Source of the DNA: an uncultured Candidatus Binatia bacterium
GTDB lineage: Bacteria; Desulfobacterota; Binatia; UBA9968; JAJDTQ01
Assembly (NCBI GenBank): GCA_965215605.1
Contig: OZ244070.1
Location: forward strand, 1,568,001-1,632,000
Length of the DNA stretch: 64,000 nt
Direction of reading: 5' to 3'
Shown here: piece after piece, positions 1 to 14,900 of the stretch
Position numbering within the stretch: the first letter of the stretch is position 1
How the letters are laid out: each line of letters starts with the position of its first letter
Made by a program: the position numbers and the translations under genes
The notes under the pieces: model-generated
Databases searched by the model: none
Told to the model about the DNA's origin: nothing
Seen by the model: only the letters and a program-made list of their open reading frames with translations

Positions 1-1779
1 GACCGGATCAGGTACTTGGGCAGGAACCGGCAGGTAGTGGAAAGACAGCCCGCGGCGCCACCCTCGCCCGCGCCGGTAAAGCGCCCGCCTGCCGGCTCCC
101 CTACCGCGGTCACGGACCAGCCTCCGCCTCCCACGCGGTCCTTCGAACCCCTGGAACAGGTCATCCGCATCATCCGCCGCGGCCAGACCCTGGGGGGGGT
201 ACTGAGGCCCCTGGGGGTCGCCGGGAAGGAAGGCGAAGCCTGGTTCGACGCCATCGACGCACAGTACCCCGTCACCAGGCTCAGACCCGGACAGCGCCTT
301 CACCTGTACTTCGAGAGGACTCCCGCCAGGCACCGCAAGGACAACCTCAAGGCCGTCGAGCTCGAGGTCAGGAAGGGCCGCAAGCTGACTTGGGAGAAGG
401 TCGGAAACAGTATCCGTTTCGGGAGCGGTTCGGTGCTCGGGCGCAGGCGCTCGGAAGGCACCGTGATCCGTCTCCCTTCCAACGGAGTCCCTTCCACCGC
501 ACGCAAAGGCAGCTTTCTTTCGGAATACGCGCTGGCCCGGATCAAGCAGCGGAACGGGCTGTTGGAGTACACTCCAACGCCCAATGGCGAGTTGAACAGG
601 GCCCGCCCGATGCCGGCTCTCGAGAACGCCGAGCGGGTGAGGCACAGGCTCAAGTCCGGAGAACACCTGTGGGGTGTGCTCCGGAAATACGAACTGGATG
701 ACAAGGAGAGGCGCCTTTGGCTCAAGGCCCTCCAGAAGCGGAAGCACGTACGCAGGCTCCGAGCCGGCAGCCGCATCGACTTCTACTTCAAGGCGCACGA
801 GAACGGCAACGGCACCGCCGGCTCCAACGGCGCCGGTCGCCTGAAGGCGCTGGAGATCGTGCTTCGTTCCGACCTGCGGCTTACATGGTATCGCAGCCAG
901 GAGGATATCCTGTTCTACGAGGACGATGTGCCGTACCAGCAGGAGGTGCGGACCGTGAGCGGCGTGATAACCGAGGGGTCGCTCTACGGCAGCGCCAAGA
1001 GAGCCGGCGTTGACGTCGCCGTCATCTCCCGCATGGTGGACATCCTCGGCTGGGACATCAACTTTCAGCAAGACCTGCGCGCCGGGGACACGTATCGCGT
1101 GCTCTACCGCAGGAAGTTTCGCCCCGGCAGCAAGAGTTCCGACCAGATCCGCATACTGGCCGCGGAGTTCGTGAACCAGAGGCGCAGGTACAAAGCCGTC
1201 TATTTCCAGGGCACGGACGACGACGGCCACTACTACAACCCCGACGGCCGCTCGGTATCCCGGTCGTTTCTACGTTATCCCGTCGAGTTCAGGCGCATCA
1301 GCTCACGATTCTCGTTGCGCCGCTTCCACCCGATCCTCAAGGTGCGGCGACCGCACTACGGCGTGGATTTCGCCGCCCGGACCGGGACGCCCATCCGGAC
1401 CGTAGCCGACGGGCGCGTCACCCACTCGCGATGGAAGGGCGCCTACGGCCGTCTGGTGGAGGTCAGCCACGGCGGCGGCATGAAGACACGGTACGCGCAC
1501 CTCAGACGCTACGGGCACGGGATACGGCGTGGCGCCCTTGTGAAGAAAGGCCAGACCATCGGCTACGTGGGATGTTCCGGCTTGTGCACGGGTCCCCACC
1601 TTCACTTCGAAATGTGGCAGGACAACCGTTACGTGGACCCGTTGAAGGCCAACGTGCCGGTGGAAAGGCGGCTCGACCCCTTGCTGATGGAGATCTTCGA
1701 GGACACCAAGGAGCTGTTCTTCGAACGCATGGAGGCGGATCGCAAGACCGCGGGGCTGCCCTCTCCGACACCTCCGTGA
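1..1779 (+). CDS. M23 family peptidoglycan DD-metalloendopeptidase (MepM-like) with two OapA/LysM-like repeats; 5' partial
   Basis: HYGVD (HxxxD) and GPHLHFE (HxH) zinc motifs; the frame is open back to base 1. Confidence 0.88.
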   Translation, partial: DRIRYLGRNRQVVERQPAAPPSPAPVKRPPAGSPTAVTDQPPPPTRSFEPLEQVIRIIRRGQTLGGVLRPLGVAGKEGEAWFDAIDAQYPVTRLRPGQRLHLYFERTPARHRKDNLKAVELEVRKGRKLTWEKVGNSIRFGSGSVLGRRRSEGTVIRLPSNGVPSTARKGSFLSEYALARIKQRNGLLEYTPTPNGELNRARPMPALENAERVRHRLKSGEHLWGVLRKYELDDKERRLWLKALQKRKHVRRLRAGSRIDFYFKAHENGNGTAGSNGAGRLKALEIVLRSDLRLTWYRSQEDILFYEDDVPYQQEVRTVSGVITEGSLYGSAKRAGVDVAVISRMVDILGWDINFQQDLRAGDTYRVLYRRKFRPGSKSSDQIRILAAEFVNQRRRYKAVYFQGTDDDGHYYNPDGRSVSRSFLRYPVEFRRISSRFSLRRFHPILKVRRPHYGVDFAARTGTPIRTVADGRVTHSRWKGAYGRLVEVSHGGGMKTRYAHLRRYGHGIRRGALVKKGQTIGYVGCSGLCTGPHLHFEMWQDNRYVDPLKANVPVERRLDPLLMEIFEDTKELFFERMEADRKTAGLPSPTPP

Positions 1780-1821
1780 AGCCGGCCGCTAAAGAAATCC
1801 CGCCGGCTGCCGAAAGAGATA

Positions 1822-2442
1822 ATGATGCCGACCTTGAGAGCTTTCGTCGGCGTTCCGGTGGGCCCGGCACTGGTCCGGCAAATGTCCGTGGTGCGTGCCG
1901 AGTTCGGCGACCGGGCGGTTCGCTGGATCCCGGCACCCAACCTCCACCTGACCCTGAAGTTCCTGGGAAACGTCGAAGAGGCCCAGGTTGCTTCCATGCG
2001 CGGGGCCTTGCGGGACGCCCTGTTCGACATCAACGGCTTCCGCGTCGCGGCCAGAAGCCTGGGCGTCTTTCCGCACACCCGGCAGCCGCGAGTCCTCTGG
2101 GTCGGGCTCTCCGCGCCGGAGTTGGCGCTCGTCGCGAGGCGGGTAAACCGGGCCGTGGAACCCCTTGGCATCGAGCGGTCCACGGCTCCGTTTCGGCCGC
2201 ACGCGACCATCGGCCGCTGGCGCCGGCCCGAGCCACGAGGCGGACGTCTTCAGGACGAGTTGGAGCGCTGGCGGGACCATGAGTTCGGCCAGTTTCGTAT
2301 CGACGAGGTGACTCTTTTCCAGAGCACGCTCCGACCCGGCGGCGCCGTATACTCCGCGCTGGAGGTGTTTCCTCTGAAGGCCGGCGAGAGCGGTTCGGCC
2401 GGCGCGGCAAGCCACGAGGGCCCGGTTTCAAAAACCCACTAA
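1822..2442 (+). CDS. thpR: RNA 2',3'-cyclic phosphodiesterase (2H family)
   Basis: Two HxT motifs ([16 protein letters not shown]); usual position upstream of recA. Confidence 0.9.
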   Translation: MMPTLRAFVGVPVGPALVRQMSVVRAEFGDRAVRWIPAPNLHLTLKFLGNVEEAQVASMRGALRDALFDINGFRVAARSLGVFPHTRQPRVLWVGLSAPELALVARRVNRAVEPLGIERSTAPFRPHATIGRWRRPEPRGGRLQDELERWRDHEFGQFRIDEVTLFQSTLRPGGAVYSALEVFPLKAGESGSAGAASHEGPVSKTH

Positions 2443-2453
2443 GGAGAATCCCC

Positions 2454-3485
<1,032 letters not shown>

Positions 3486-3492
3486 GACAACA

Positions 3493-3522
3493 TTGCCTTC
3501 GCGCTCGCGGGAATGCTATCAA
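3493..3522 (+). promoter_or_regulatory. Putative sigma70 promoter for alaS (TTGCCT-18-TATCAA with TGn extension), 8 nt before ATG 3531
   Basis: Motif read directly; no SD before the ATG. Confidence 0.45.
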
Positions 3523-3530
3523 TGGCCGTC

Positions 3531-6230
<2,700 letters not shown>

Positions 6231-6258
6231 TGGATATCCTCATCTTCAAGGGAACCGA

Positions 6259-7249
<991 letters not shown>

Positions 7250-7257
<8 letters not shown>

Positions 7258-7699
7258 CGTCACCGTCGACGTGGTGCGCCAGGGTCCGGCCAGGCGTGTG
7301 CCCGTGCGCGGACTCAAAGCCAAGGCCCGCCGTATCCTGCGCCTGCTGGACCTGAAGGACTGCGAGCTCAGTCTGGCGTTGGTGGGCGACGAGGATATCC
7401 GCCGCCTGAACGGGCACTTCCGGTCGCGCGACGAACCCACCGACGTGCTGTCGTTCCCGGTGGACGATCCACCGCCCTCCGGCCCGCGGCTTATCGGCGA
7501 CGTCATCATATCCGTTGAGAAGGCGGCCCGTCAGGCGCGGCAACGGCGACGGTCGTTCGACGACGAGATGGAGGTGCTGCTCATACACGGCATCCTGCAC
7601 AACCTGGGCTACGACCATGAGCGCTCCCCCGAGGACGAGCGGGAGATGCGCGCCCTGGAGCGGCGCCTGCGGAGACAGCTCAAGGCCGGGAGGACATAG
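7250..7699 (+). CDS. ybeY: rRNA maturation endoribonuclease YbeY
   Basis: PTDVLSF and HGILHNLGYDH motifs; overlaps the phoH end. Confidence 0.95.
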
Positions 7700-7716
7700 T
7701 GTCCCTTCCGGCACTT

Positions 7717-7745
7717 TTGTCGTCCGGCGGAACATCCGCTATATT
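7717..7745 (+). promoter_or_regulatory. Putative sigma70 promoter for prfB (TTGTCG-17-TATATT)
   Basis: Motif and spacing read directly. Confidence 0.55.
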
Positions 7746-7798
7746 GAAAACCATCGCCGAGCCGAGGTTGGAGAACCCGGCCGTCGCAGGAGCCCGCC

Positions 7799-8909
7799 AT
7801 GTTTGACGAAGCACGCGAACAACTGACACAGCTCGAAGAGAAGCTCGGCCGGCTGCGGAGGCGTCTTTGACGTCGACGGCAAGCAGAAACGCATCGACGA
7901 GCTGGTAGCCCTCACCGCCAAGCCCGATTTCTGGAACGACAACGACAAGGCCCAGGAGGTTCTCAAGGAGCAATCCGCGCTCCGGGAGGCCGTGGACGAC
8001 TACGGCAAGTGCCGCTCCGGCATCGAGGAGGCGCGTTTCTTTCTGGAACTGGCCGAGGAAGAGGACGATCCCGAGGCTTTGGAAGAGGCGGAGACCCGGC
8101 TAAGGGAAGTCTCGGACAGTCTGGCGGACATGGAGCTCCGGCAGCTTCTGGGGGGCACGGACGACCGCCGGGACGCCATCGTCACGCTCCATCCCGGCGC
8201 CGGCGGCACCGAGTCCCAGGACTGGGCCGAGATGCTGCTGCGCATGTACCTCCGCTGGGGCGACCGGCGGGGCTACAAGACCGAGATCATGGAATACCAG
8301 CCGGGCGAGGAGGCGGGCCTCAAGCGGGTCACCTTCACCATCGCCGGCGAGTATGCCTACGGCTACCTGAAGTGCGAGGCCGGCATTCACCGGCTGGTCC
8401 GCATCTCCCCCTTCGACGCCAACTCCCGGCGCCACACCTCCTTCGCCTCGGTGTTCGTCTACCCCGAAATCGACGACGCCATCGACGTGGAGGTCAACGA
8501 GTCCGACCTGCGCATCGACACCTACCGGGCCAGCGGCGCCGGCGGCCAGCACGTCAACAAGACCGATTCCGCCGTGCGCATCACCCACCTTCCCACCAAC
8601 ATCGTGGTGGCCTGCCAGAACGAGCGCTCGCAACACAAGAACAAGGCCATGGCCATGCGCATCCTGCGCTCCCGGCTCTACGAGTTGGAGGTGGAGAAGC
8701 AGCGGGAGATGATGGACCGATACGCCAAGGCCAAGAAGGACATCGCCTGGGGCAGCCAGATCCGCTCCTACGTGCTCCACCCCTACCGCATGGTCAAGGA
8801 CCACCGCACCAGCGTCGAGATCGGCAACGCCGACGCCGTCCTCGACGGCGACATCGACCGCTTCATCCAGAGCTATCTGATGGAGGGGGACGGTCAGGCC
8901 GCTCCGTAG
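7799..8909 (+). CDS. prfB: Peptide chain release factor 2, made by +1 programmed frameshift
   Basis: ORF1 ATG 7799 (MFDEAREQL...RRRL) ends at CTT TGA; the +1 frame joins ORF 7992-8909, which has SPF and GGQ motifs. Confidence 0.97.
7857..7871 (+). promoter_or_regulatory. prfB frameshift cassette GGAGG-CGT-CTT-TGA-C
   Basis: Internal SD 3 nt upstream of the slippery CTT TGA C. Confidence 0.95.
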
Positions 8910-8922
8910 ACGCGGCGCGACC

Positions 8923-10596
8923 TCAGAAAAGACCCTCTACCTGGCCCTGGGCGTTGACGTGGATGCTCTCCGCGGCCGGTGTCCTGGGCAGGCCCGGCAT
9001 GGTCATCAGGTCGCCACAAATGGCCACCACGAACTCCGCGCCCGCGGACAGGCGCAGTTCGCGCACCTGCACCTCGTGGCCCTCCGGGGCGCCCTTGAGG
9101 GCGGGGTCGGTGGAGAAACTGTACTGGGTCTTGGCCATGCACACCGGATAGTGGCCGTAGCCGCCGTCCTGTAGCGCCTTGAAGCGGTTGCGCACCGCCG
9201 GCGTGGCGGTAACGCCGCCGGCGTGGTAGATGCGCTTCGCCACCGTCTCGACCTTGTCCCACAGCGGCATGTCGTCGGGATAGAGGGGGCGGAAGGCCGC
9301 CTCTCCCGCCTCGACAACCTCCACCACCCGGCGCGCCAGGGCTTCGGTGCCGGCGCCGCCGTCGGCCCAGTGGGTGCACATCAGGGCGGGGACGTCCAGC
9401 GCGGCCGCGACCTCCGTCACCGCCTGGAGTTCGGCCTCCGTGTCGGTGGAGAACCGGTTCACGGCCACCACTGCCGGCACCCCGAACTGCCGCACGTTGG
9501 CGAGATGGCGCGCCAGGTTGGCGCCGCCCGCCTTGACCGCGGCCACGTTCTCGTTGCCGAGATCGGCCAGCGCCACGCCGCCGTGCATCTTCAACGCCCG
9601 CGCGGTGGCCACCACCACGACGGCGTCGGGCGAAAGGCCGGCCTTGCGGCACTTGATGTCGAAGAACTTCTCGGCGCCTAGGTCCGCGCCGAAGCCCGCT
9701 TCGGTCACCACGTAGTCGGCGAGCTTGAGGCCGGCGCGGGTGGCGATGAGCGAATTGCACCCGTGGGCGATGTTGGCGAACGGCCCGCCGTGGATGATGG
9801 CGGGACTGTTCTCCAGGGTCTGGACCAGGTTGGGGGAGAGAGCGTCCTTGAGCAGGACGGTCATGGCTCCATCCGCCTTCAGATCGCGGGCCGTGACCCG
9901 CTCACGGGCGCGGGTCTGCCCCACCACGATGTTGCCCAAACGGCGCTGGAGGTCGGCCAGGTCCGCGGCCAGACAGAAGATCGCCATCACTTCCGAAGCG
10001 ACGGTGATGTCGAAGCCCTCGCTGCGCGGGAACCCGTTGCCGAGCCCGCCGAGGGAACAGACGATCTCGCGCAACGCGCGGTCGTTCATGTCCACCACGC
10101 GCCGCCAGGAGATGCGGCGGGCGTCCAGCCCCAGCGCGTTGCCCTGGTGGATGTGGTTGTCGATGAGCGCGGCCAGCAGGTTGTTGGCGGTGCCGATGGC
10201 GTGAAAGTCGCCGGTGAAGTGCAGGTTGATGTCCTCCATCGGCACCACCTGCGCATACCCTCCACCCGCGGCCCCGCCCTTCATCCCGAAACACGGTCCG
10301 AGGCTCGGCTCACGGAGACAGACCGCCGTCTCCTTGCCGATACGGTTCAGCCCATCGGCCAGACCCACCGACGTGGTGGTCTTGCCCTCGCCCGCAGGCG
10401 TCGGCGTGACGGCGGTGACGAGCACGAGCTTGCCGTTCTTGCGGTCGGAGAGGGAACCGACGTAGGAGAGATCGATCTTCGCCTTGGTGTGTCCGTAGGG
10501 CAACAGCGCCTCCCGCGGAACCCCCAAGCGGTCGCCGATCTCCGAGATCGGCTTGAGCACCGATTTCCGTGCGATCTCGATATCGCTCTCTGCCAT
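8923..10596 (-). CDS. fhs: Formate--tetrahydrofolate ligase
   Basis: [36 protein letters not shown] motifs; start at MAESDIE with GGAGG SD. Confidence 0.97.
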   Translation of the reverse strand: MAESDIEIARKSVLKPISEIGDRLGVPREALLPYGHTKAKIDLSYVGSLSDRKNGKLVLVTAVTPTPAGEGKTTTSVGLADGLNRIGKETAVCLREPSLGPCFGMKGGAAGGGYAQVVPMEDINLHFTGDFHAIGTANNLLAALIDNHIHQGNALGLDARRISWRRVVDMNDRALREIVCSLGGLGNGFPRSEGFDITVASEVMAIFCLAADLADLQRRLGNIVVGQTRARERVTARDLKADGAMTVLLKDALSPNLVQTLENSPAIIHGGPFANIAHGCNSLIATRAGLKLADYVVTEAGFGADLGAEKFFDIKCRKAGLSPDAVVVVATARALKMHGGVALADLGNENVAAVKAGGANLARHLANVRQFGVPAVVAVNRFSTDTEAELQAVTEVAAALDVPALMCTHWADGGAGTEALARRVVEVVEAGEAAFRPLYPDDMPLWDKVETVAKRIYHAGGVTATPAVRNRFKALQDGGYGHYPVCMAKTQYSFSTDPALKGAPEGHEVQVRELRLSAGAEFVVAICGDLMTMPGLPRTPAAESIHVNAQGQVEGLF

Positions 10597-10631
10597 GCCC
10601 CCTCCCCCCGCTTCCGGTTCCCGGCTCGGCT

Positions 10632-11168
10632 TCAGTGCCGGTAGCCTCGGATCCAATCGTAGCGCTCGATCTGTTCGGCGGTGAGCTCGCGGGTGCTCTC
10701 GATGTGCGCGAGCAGGTGGATGGCCTGGAGTTGTCCGCGCATGATTCCGAGATGTTCGGTCATACGGGCCGTTTCCGCCGCGGTGGGCCGTCCCGCGGCA
10801 AACAGGTTCGCAAGGTGCGACTCCGCCTGGAGTATGGCCTCGCCCTTGGCGATGGCCCTGGTCTTCATTTTAGCGTGAATCGCCTCGATGAGCGCGATCT
10901 GTTCCCGGGTGAGATCGAGGTTGGCCTTGAGATCGAGAAGGTGCCGCGGCCCGGGGAAACTATTCAATTCGGCCGGTCGAGCGAGGCCCATGCCTTCGCC
11001 ACTCCGCAACTCGCGCACCTCGTCGGGCGTGAGGGTTGCGAACTCGGCGCTTTGGGTATGCGCGTAAGGGGACATCGTGTGATCATGCTGCGCCAACGCC
11101 CAGGTCGCTGTGAGGGCGAAGAGGCCGATACAGCCAAACAATCCAACCGTCGTTGTCGAAGTGGTCAT
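10632..11168 (-). CDS. Secreted Spy/CpxP-like helical periplasmic protein, possibly metal-binding
   Basis: Signal peptide then QHDH-SPYA; [14 protein letters not shown]; LTxEQ repeats. Confidence 0.7.
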   Translation of the reverse strand: MTTSTTTVGLFGCIGLFALTATWALAQHDHTMSPYAHTQSAEFATLTPDEVRELRSGEGMGLARPAELNSFPGPRHLLDLKANLDLTREQIALIEAIHAKMKTRAIAKGEAILQAESHLANLFAAGRPTAAETARMTEHLGIMRGQLQAIHLLAHIESTRELTAEQIERYDWIRGYRH

Positions 11169-11295
11169 CGTCGAGACTCCTTGGCTGCGCCTACACTTCC
11201 ACGCTGCCGGGGCCGGCAGTTTGGGATCGTGCACCAAACAACCGGCCGAGCGGCGCGTGAAGCGATCTTGACGCCTGAGTAGCGGCGGGTTTCGG

Positions 11296-11910
11296 CTAGT
11301 GCAACGGCGAGAAGGACGCCGGCACGACGATGGAGTTCTCCTGGTGGAGCAGCATCTCGCGGGTGGCCGGCGGCCAGTTGGGAAGCTTCATGGCCTCGGC
11401 GCGGAGCCGGGACCGCTCGCCCATGTCCTTGTAGGGCCAGATGTGGACCCACTGGTTCAGCGAGCCGTAGGTGGTGAACCAGCCGGCGGCCAGGGGCGAG
11501 ATCTTGACCCGGTCCTCGATGCAGTCCTGCCAGCGCTCGATCAGCGTCGGAATGGAGCCCGGATGCACCGTGTAAGTGCGGATCTCGTAGATGTTGCCCA
11601 TTTCGCGGGGCTCCAGCGGCGGGGAGAAGGGCGCCGCCTGGAAGATCTTGCTCTCCTGGGTCACCATGAACTCGCGCACCTTGGGCGGCCAGTGACCGGT
11701 GGCCCGGGCCTCGGCGCCGATACGGTCCTTCTCTTCGAAACTCTCGTACGGCCATATATGGATGACCTGGTTCAGCGCCCCCACCTCCGAATGAAAGAAC
11801 GCCCCCAGCGGGGAGATCCTGGCGCGGTGCTCCAGCCCTTCCTCGAACGCCTTTTCGAAGTCCGGCGTCTTGCCGGGCTTGAGGGTATAGGTTCTCATCT
11901 CGATGATCAT
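11296..11910 (-). CDS. NIPSNAP family protein with two tandem domains
   Basis: Repeated ExRTY...LNQxxHIWPY...WPP...QE units. Confidence 0.85.
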   Translation of the reverse strand: MIIEMRTYTLKPGKTPDFEKAFEEGLEHRARISPLGAFFHSEVGALNQVIHIWPYESFEEKDRIGAEARATGHWPPKVREFMVTQESKIFQAAPFSPPLEPREMGNIYEIRTYTVHPGSIPTLIERWQDCIEDRVKISPLAAGWFTTYGSLNQWVHIWPYKDMGERSRLRAEAMKLPNWPPATREMLLHQENSIVVPASFSPLH

Positions 11911-11980
11911 GTGTTTCCTCCTGAGATCTGCCGGTGAAGTCTGTTCCCTTTTCTTTCCGTTTTAGCCCGCAAATGCAACC

Positions 11981-14900
11981 CTACCCCGCCCCGTTCGCCT
12001 CCAGATACTCCCGCAGCGCCCGGGCCGTGTAGGACCGTTTGCCGTCCTGGGCCACCTTGGACGGGGAGCCGTGGGCGACGACGCGGCCGCCCTTGTCGCC
12101 GCCTTCGGGGCCGAGGTCCACGAGGTAGTCGGCGTCCTTGATGATCTCGAGGTTGTGCTCGATGGTAATGACGGTGTTGCCGGCGTCGACGAGGCGGTGG
12201 AGGATGTCGATGAGCTTCTCGACGTCGGCGAAGTGGAGGCCCGTGGTGGGCTCGTCGAGGATGTAGAGGGTCTTGCCGCGGGACTCCTTGCCGAGCTCGT
12301 AGGCGAGCTTGATGCGCTGGGCCTCGCCGCCCGACAAGGTGTTGCTGGCCTGCCCCAGGGTGATGTAGCCCATACCGATTTCGTCCAGGAGCTTCAGCGG
12401 GCGGTAGGCCTTGGGGAAGGCACGGAAGAACTCCACCGCCTCCTCCACGGTCATCCGCAGCACCTCGGCGATGTTCTTGCCGTTGAACTGGACCGACAAG
12501 GTCTCCTCGTTGAAGCGCAGGCCGCCGCAGCCGTCGCAGTTCACGAACACGTCGGGCAGGAAGCTCATCTCCTTGCGGATCCGGCCCTGGCCGGCGCACT
12601 CGTCGCAGCGGCCGCCGCTCACGTTAAAAGAAAACCGGCTCGGCGCGTAGCCGCGCATGCGCGCCTCCGGGTGGAGCGCGTAGATGCGGCGGATCTCGTC
12701 GAGGAAACCCACATAGGACGCGGGAACCGAGCGCGGAGTCTTGCCGATGGGGGTCTGGTCCACCTCCACCGCCCGCTCGATGGGCTCCCAGCCGGCGAGG
12801 TCCCGGTGCCGGCCGGGCCGGCCGGTGTTGTGTCCCAGCCTCGTCTTGAGGCCCTTGAACAGAACCTCCTTCACCAGCGTGCTCTTGCCGGAGCCGGACA
12901 CTCCGGTGACGCACGTCCACTTGCCCAAGGGCAGCCGCACCTTGAGGTTCTTGAGGTTGTTCTCGCTGGCGCCGGTCACCTCCAGCCATTCGCCGCCCCG
13001 GAGCGGCCGCTCGGGCCAGAGCCGCCGGCGGGCGGTGCCCAGAAAGGCGCCGGTAACCGAGGCGGGGTTGGCGCGCACCTCCTCCGGCGTCCCCATGGCC
13101 ACCACCCGGCCGCCCCGCACCCCGGCGCCGGGACCGAGGTCCACCAGCACGTCGGCCGCCCGGATGGTGGTCTCGTCGTGTTCCACCACCAACACCGTGT
13201 TGCCCGCCTCCACCAGGCGCCGCAGGGTGGCCAGGAGCCGGCGGTTGTCGCGGGTGTGCAGGCCGATGGTGGGCTCGTCCAGGATGTAGCAGACGCCGCG
13301 CAGGTTGGAGCCGAGCTGCGCCGCCAGGCGCACCCGTTGAGCCTCGCCGCCGGACAGGGTGTTGGCCCGCCGGTCCAGGGTCAGGTAGCCCAGGCCCACC
13401 TCGTCCAGGAAACGCAGCTTGTGGTGGATCTCCTTCTGGGTCTTCTCCAGCACCAGCCGTTCCTTGTCGGCGATGTTCTTGCCCAGCCGCTTTTCCAGAG
13501 AAGCGTAACGACCCAGCGCCTCCTTCACCGACAGGGCGGTGATCTGCCAGATGGCCTTGCCGGCGATGCGTACGTTGCGCGCCCGGGCATTGAGCCGGGC
13601 GCCATGGCAGGACGGACAGGTGCGCTCGCTCACGAACGAGCCGAGATAGCCGGCCAGCGGGCCGTCGCTCTTCACCTGGAGGCCGGCGAGCGTCTTGAGC
13701 AGGCCCGGGGCCGACGGACGGGAGCGGCCGTTCAGGAGGACGTCCCGTTGCCTGGCCGACAGGGTCCTGATGGGGACGTCGCCGGGGATGCCGAGCTTCC
13801 GTTCCAGCTCCCCCTGGCACTGGTTCAGCCGCCGCTTGAGGCCGGCGCGCCCCTCGGGCGCGTCCGCGCACAGCCGGTTCACCACCTCCGTCAGGCTCAT
13901 CTCCGGGTCCGGCATCACCAGGTCGGCGTCCAACTCCTCGGAGGAGCCCACGCCGTGACAGTCCGGGCAGGCGCCCTGGCGACTGTTGAAGGAGAACAGG
14001 CGGGGGTCCAGCGGCTCGTAGCCGACGCCGCAGGCGCGGCAGAACAAGCGCTCGTTGTAGGTTTCCTCGGCGCCCTCGGCGAGCACGTGGATGACGCCGT
14101 TGCCAAGGCGCAGCCCCTGTCCCAGCACCGTCTCCATGCTCAGCCGCCCGGCCTTGGCGGTACCCACCACGATGTCGATGTCGTGCTCGTGGAAACGCCC
14201 CAGCCCCTGTTGGAGCAGCGACGCGTTGAGGGCCGTCATGGCGCCGTCGATGCGGGCGCGGCCGTAGCCCAGGCGACGGGCCGCCATCATCACGTCCTTG
14301 TGGTAGCCCTTGCGGCCGCGCACCACCGGGCTCAGCACGGTGATGTCCTTGCCGCGGTACTTGCGCCCCACCCGGTCCAGGATGCGGCTGCGGGTGAGCG
14401 AGGTGATGGCGCCGCCGCACTGGGGGCAGTGCTGCTTGCCCACCTTGGCGTAGAGCAGTCGCAGGTAATGGTACAGCTCGGTGACGGTGGCCACGGTGGA
14501 GTTCCGACCCCCCTGGCTCAGGCGCTGCTCGATGGCCACGGTGGGCGGTATGCCCGCCAGCACGTCCACGTTGGGCCGCGCCATGATCTTCATGAACTGC
14601 CGCGCGTAGGCGGAGAGGCTGTCGATGTAGCGCCGCTGGCCGTCCGCGTAGATGATGTCGAAGGCCAGGGACGACTTGCCGGAGCCGCTGAGGCCGGTCA
14701 CCACCACCAGCCGGTCCCGCGGGATGTCCACGTCGATGGCCTTGAGGTTGTGCTCCCGGGCGCCGATGACCTGGATGGCTCCGGTCCCGTTGGACCGCGC
14801 CGGCGCCGTCCGGCGCGGAGGCGTCTTGACCAGGATGGGGGCAAACCGGGACCGCACCGGCGCGAGATGGTCCTTCAGATAGCGCCCGGTGTGGGAACGC

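Noticed and set aside
7738-7749. GCTATATTGAAA shared by the prfB and IDH upstream regions
   Set aside because: Explained by the -10 hexamer; two instances are too few to call a regulator site.
11977-11987. 11-nt match (GGGGTAGGGTT) to the REP-like site at 26418
   Set aside because: Matches this short are expected by chance in 64 kb.
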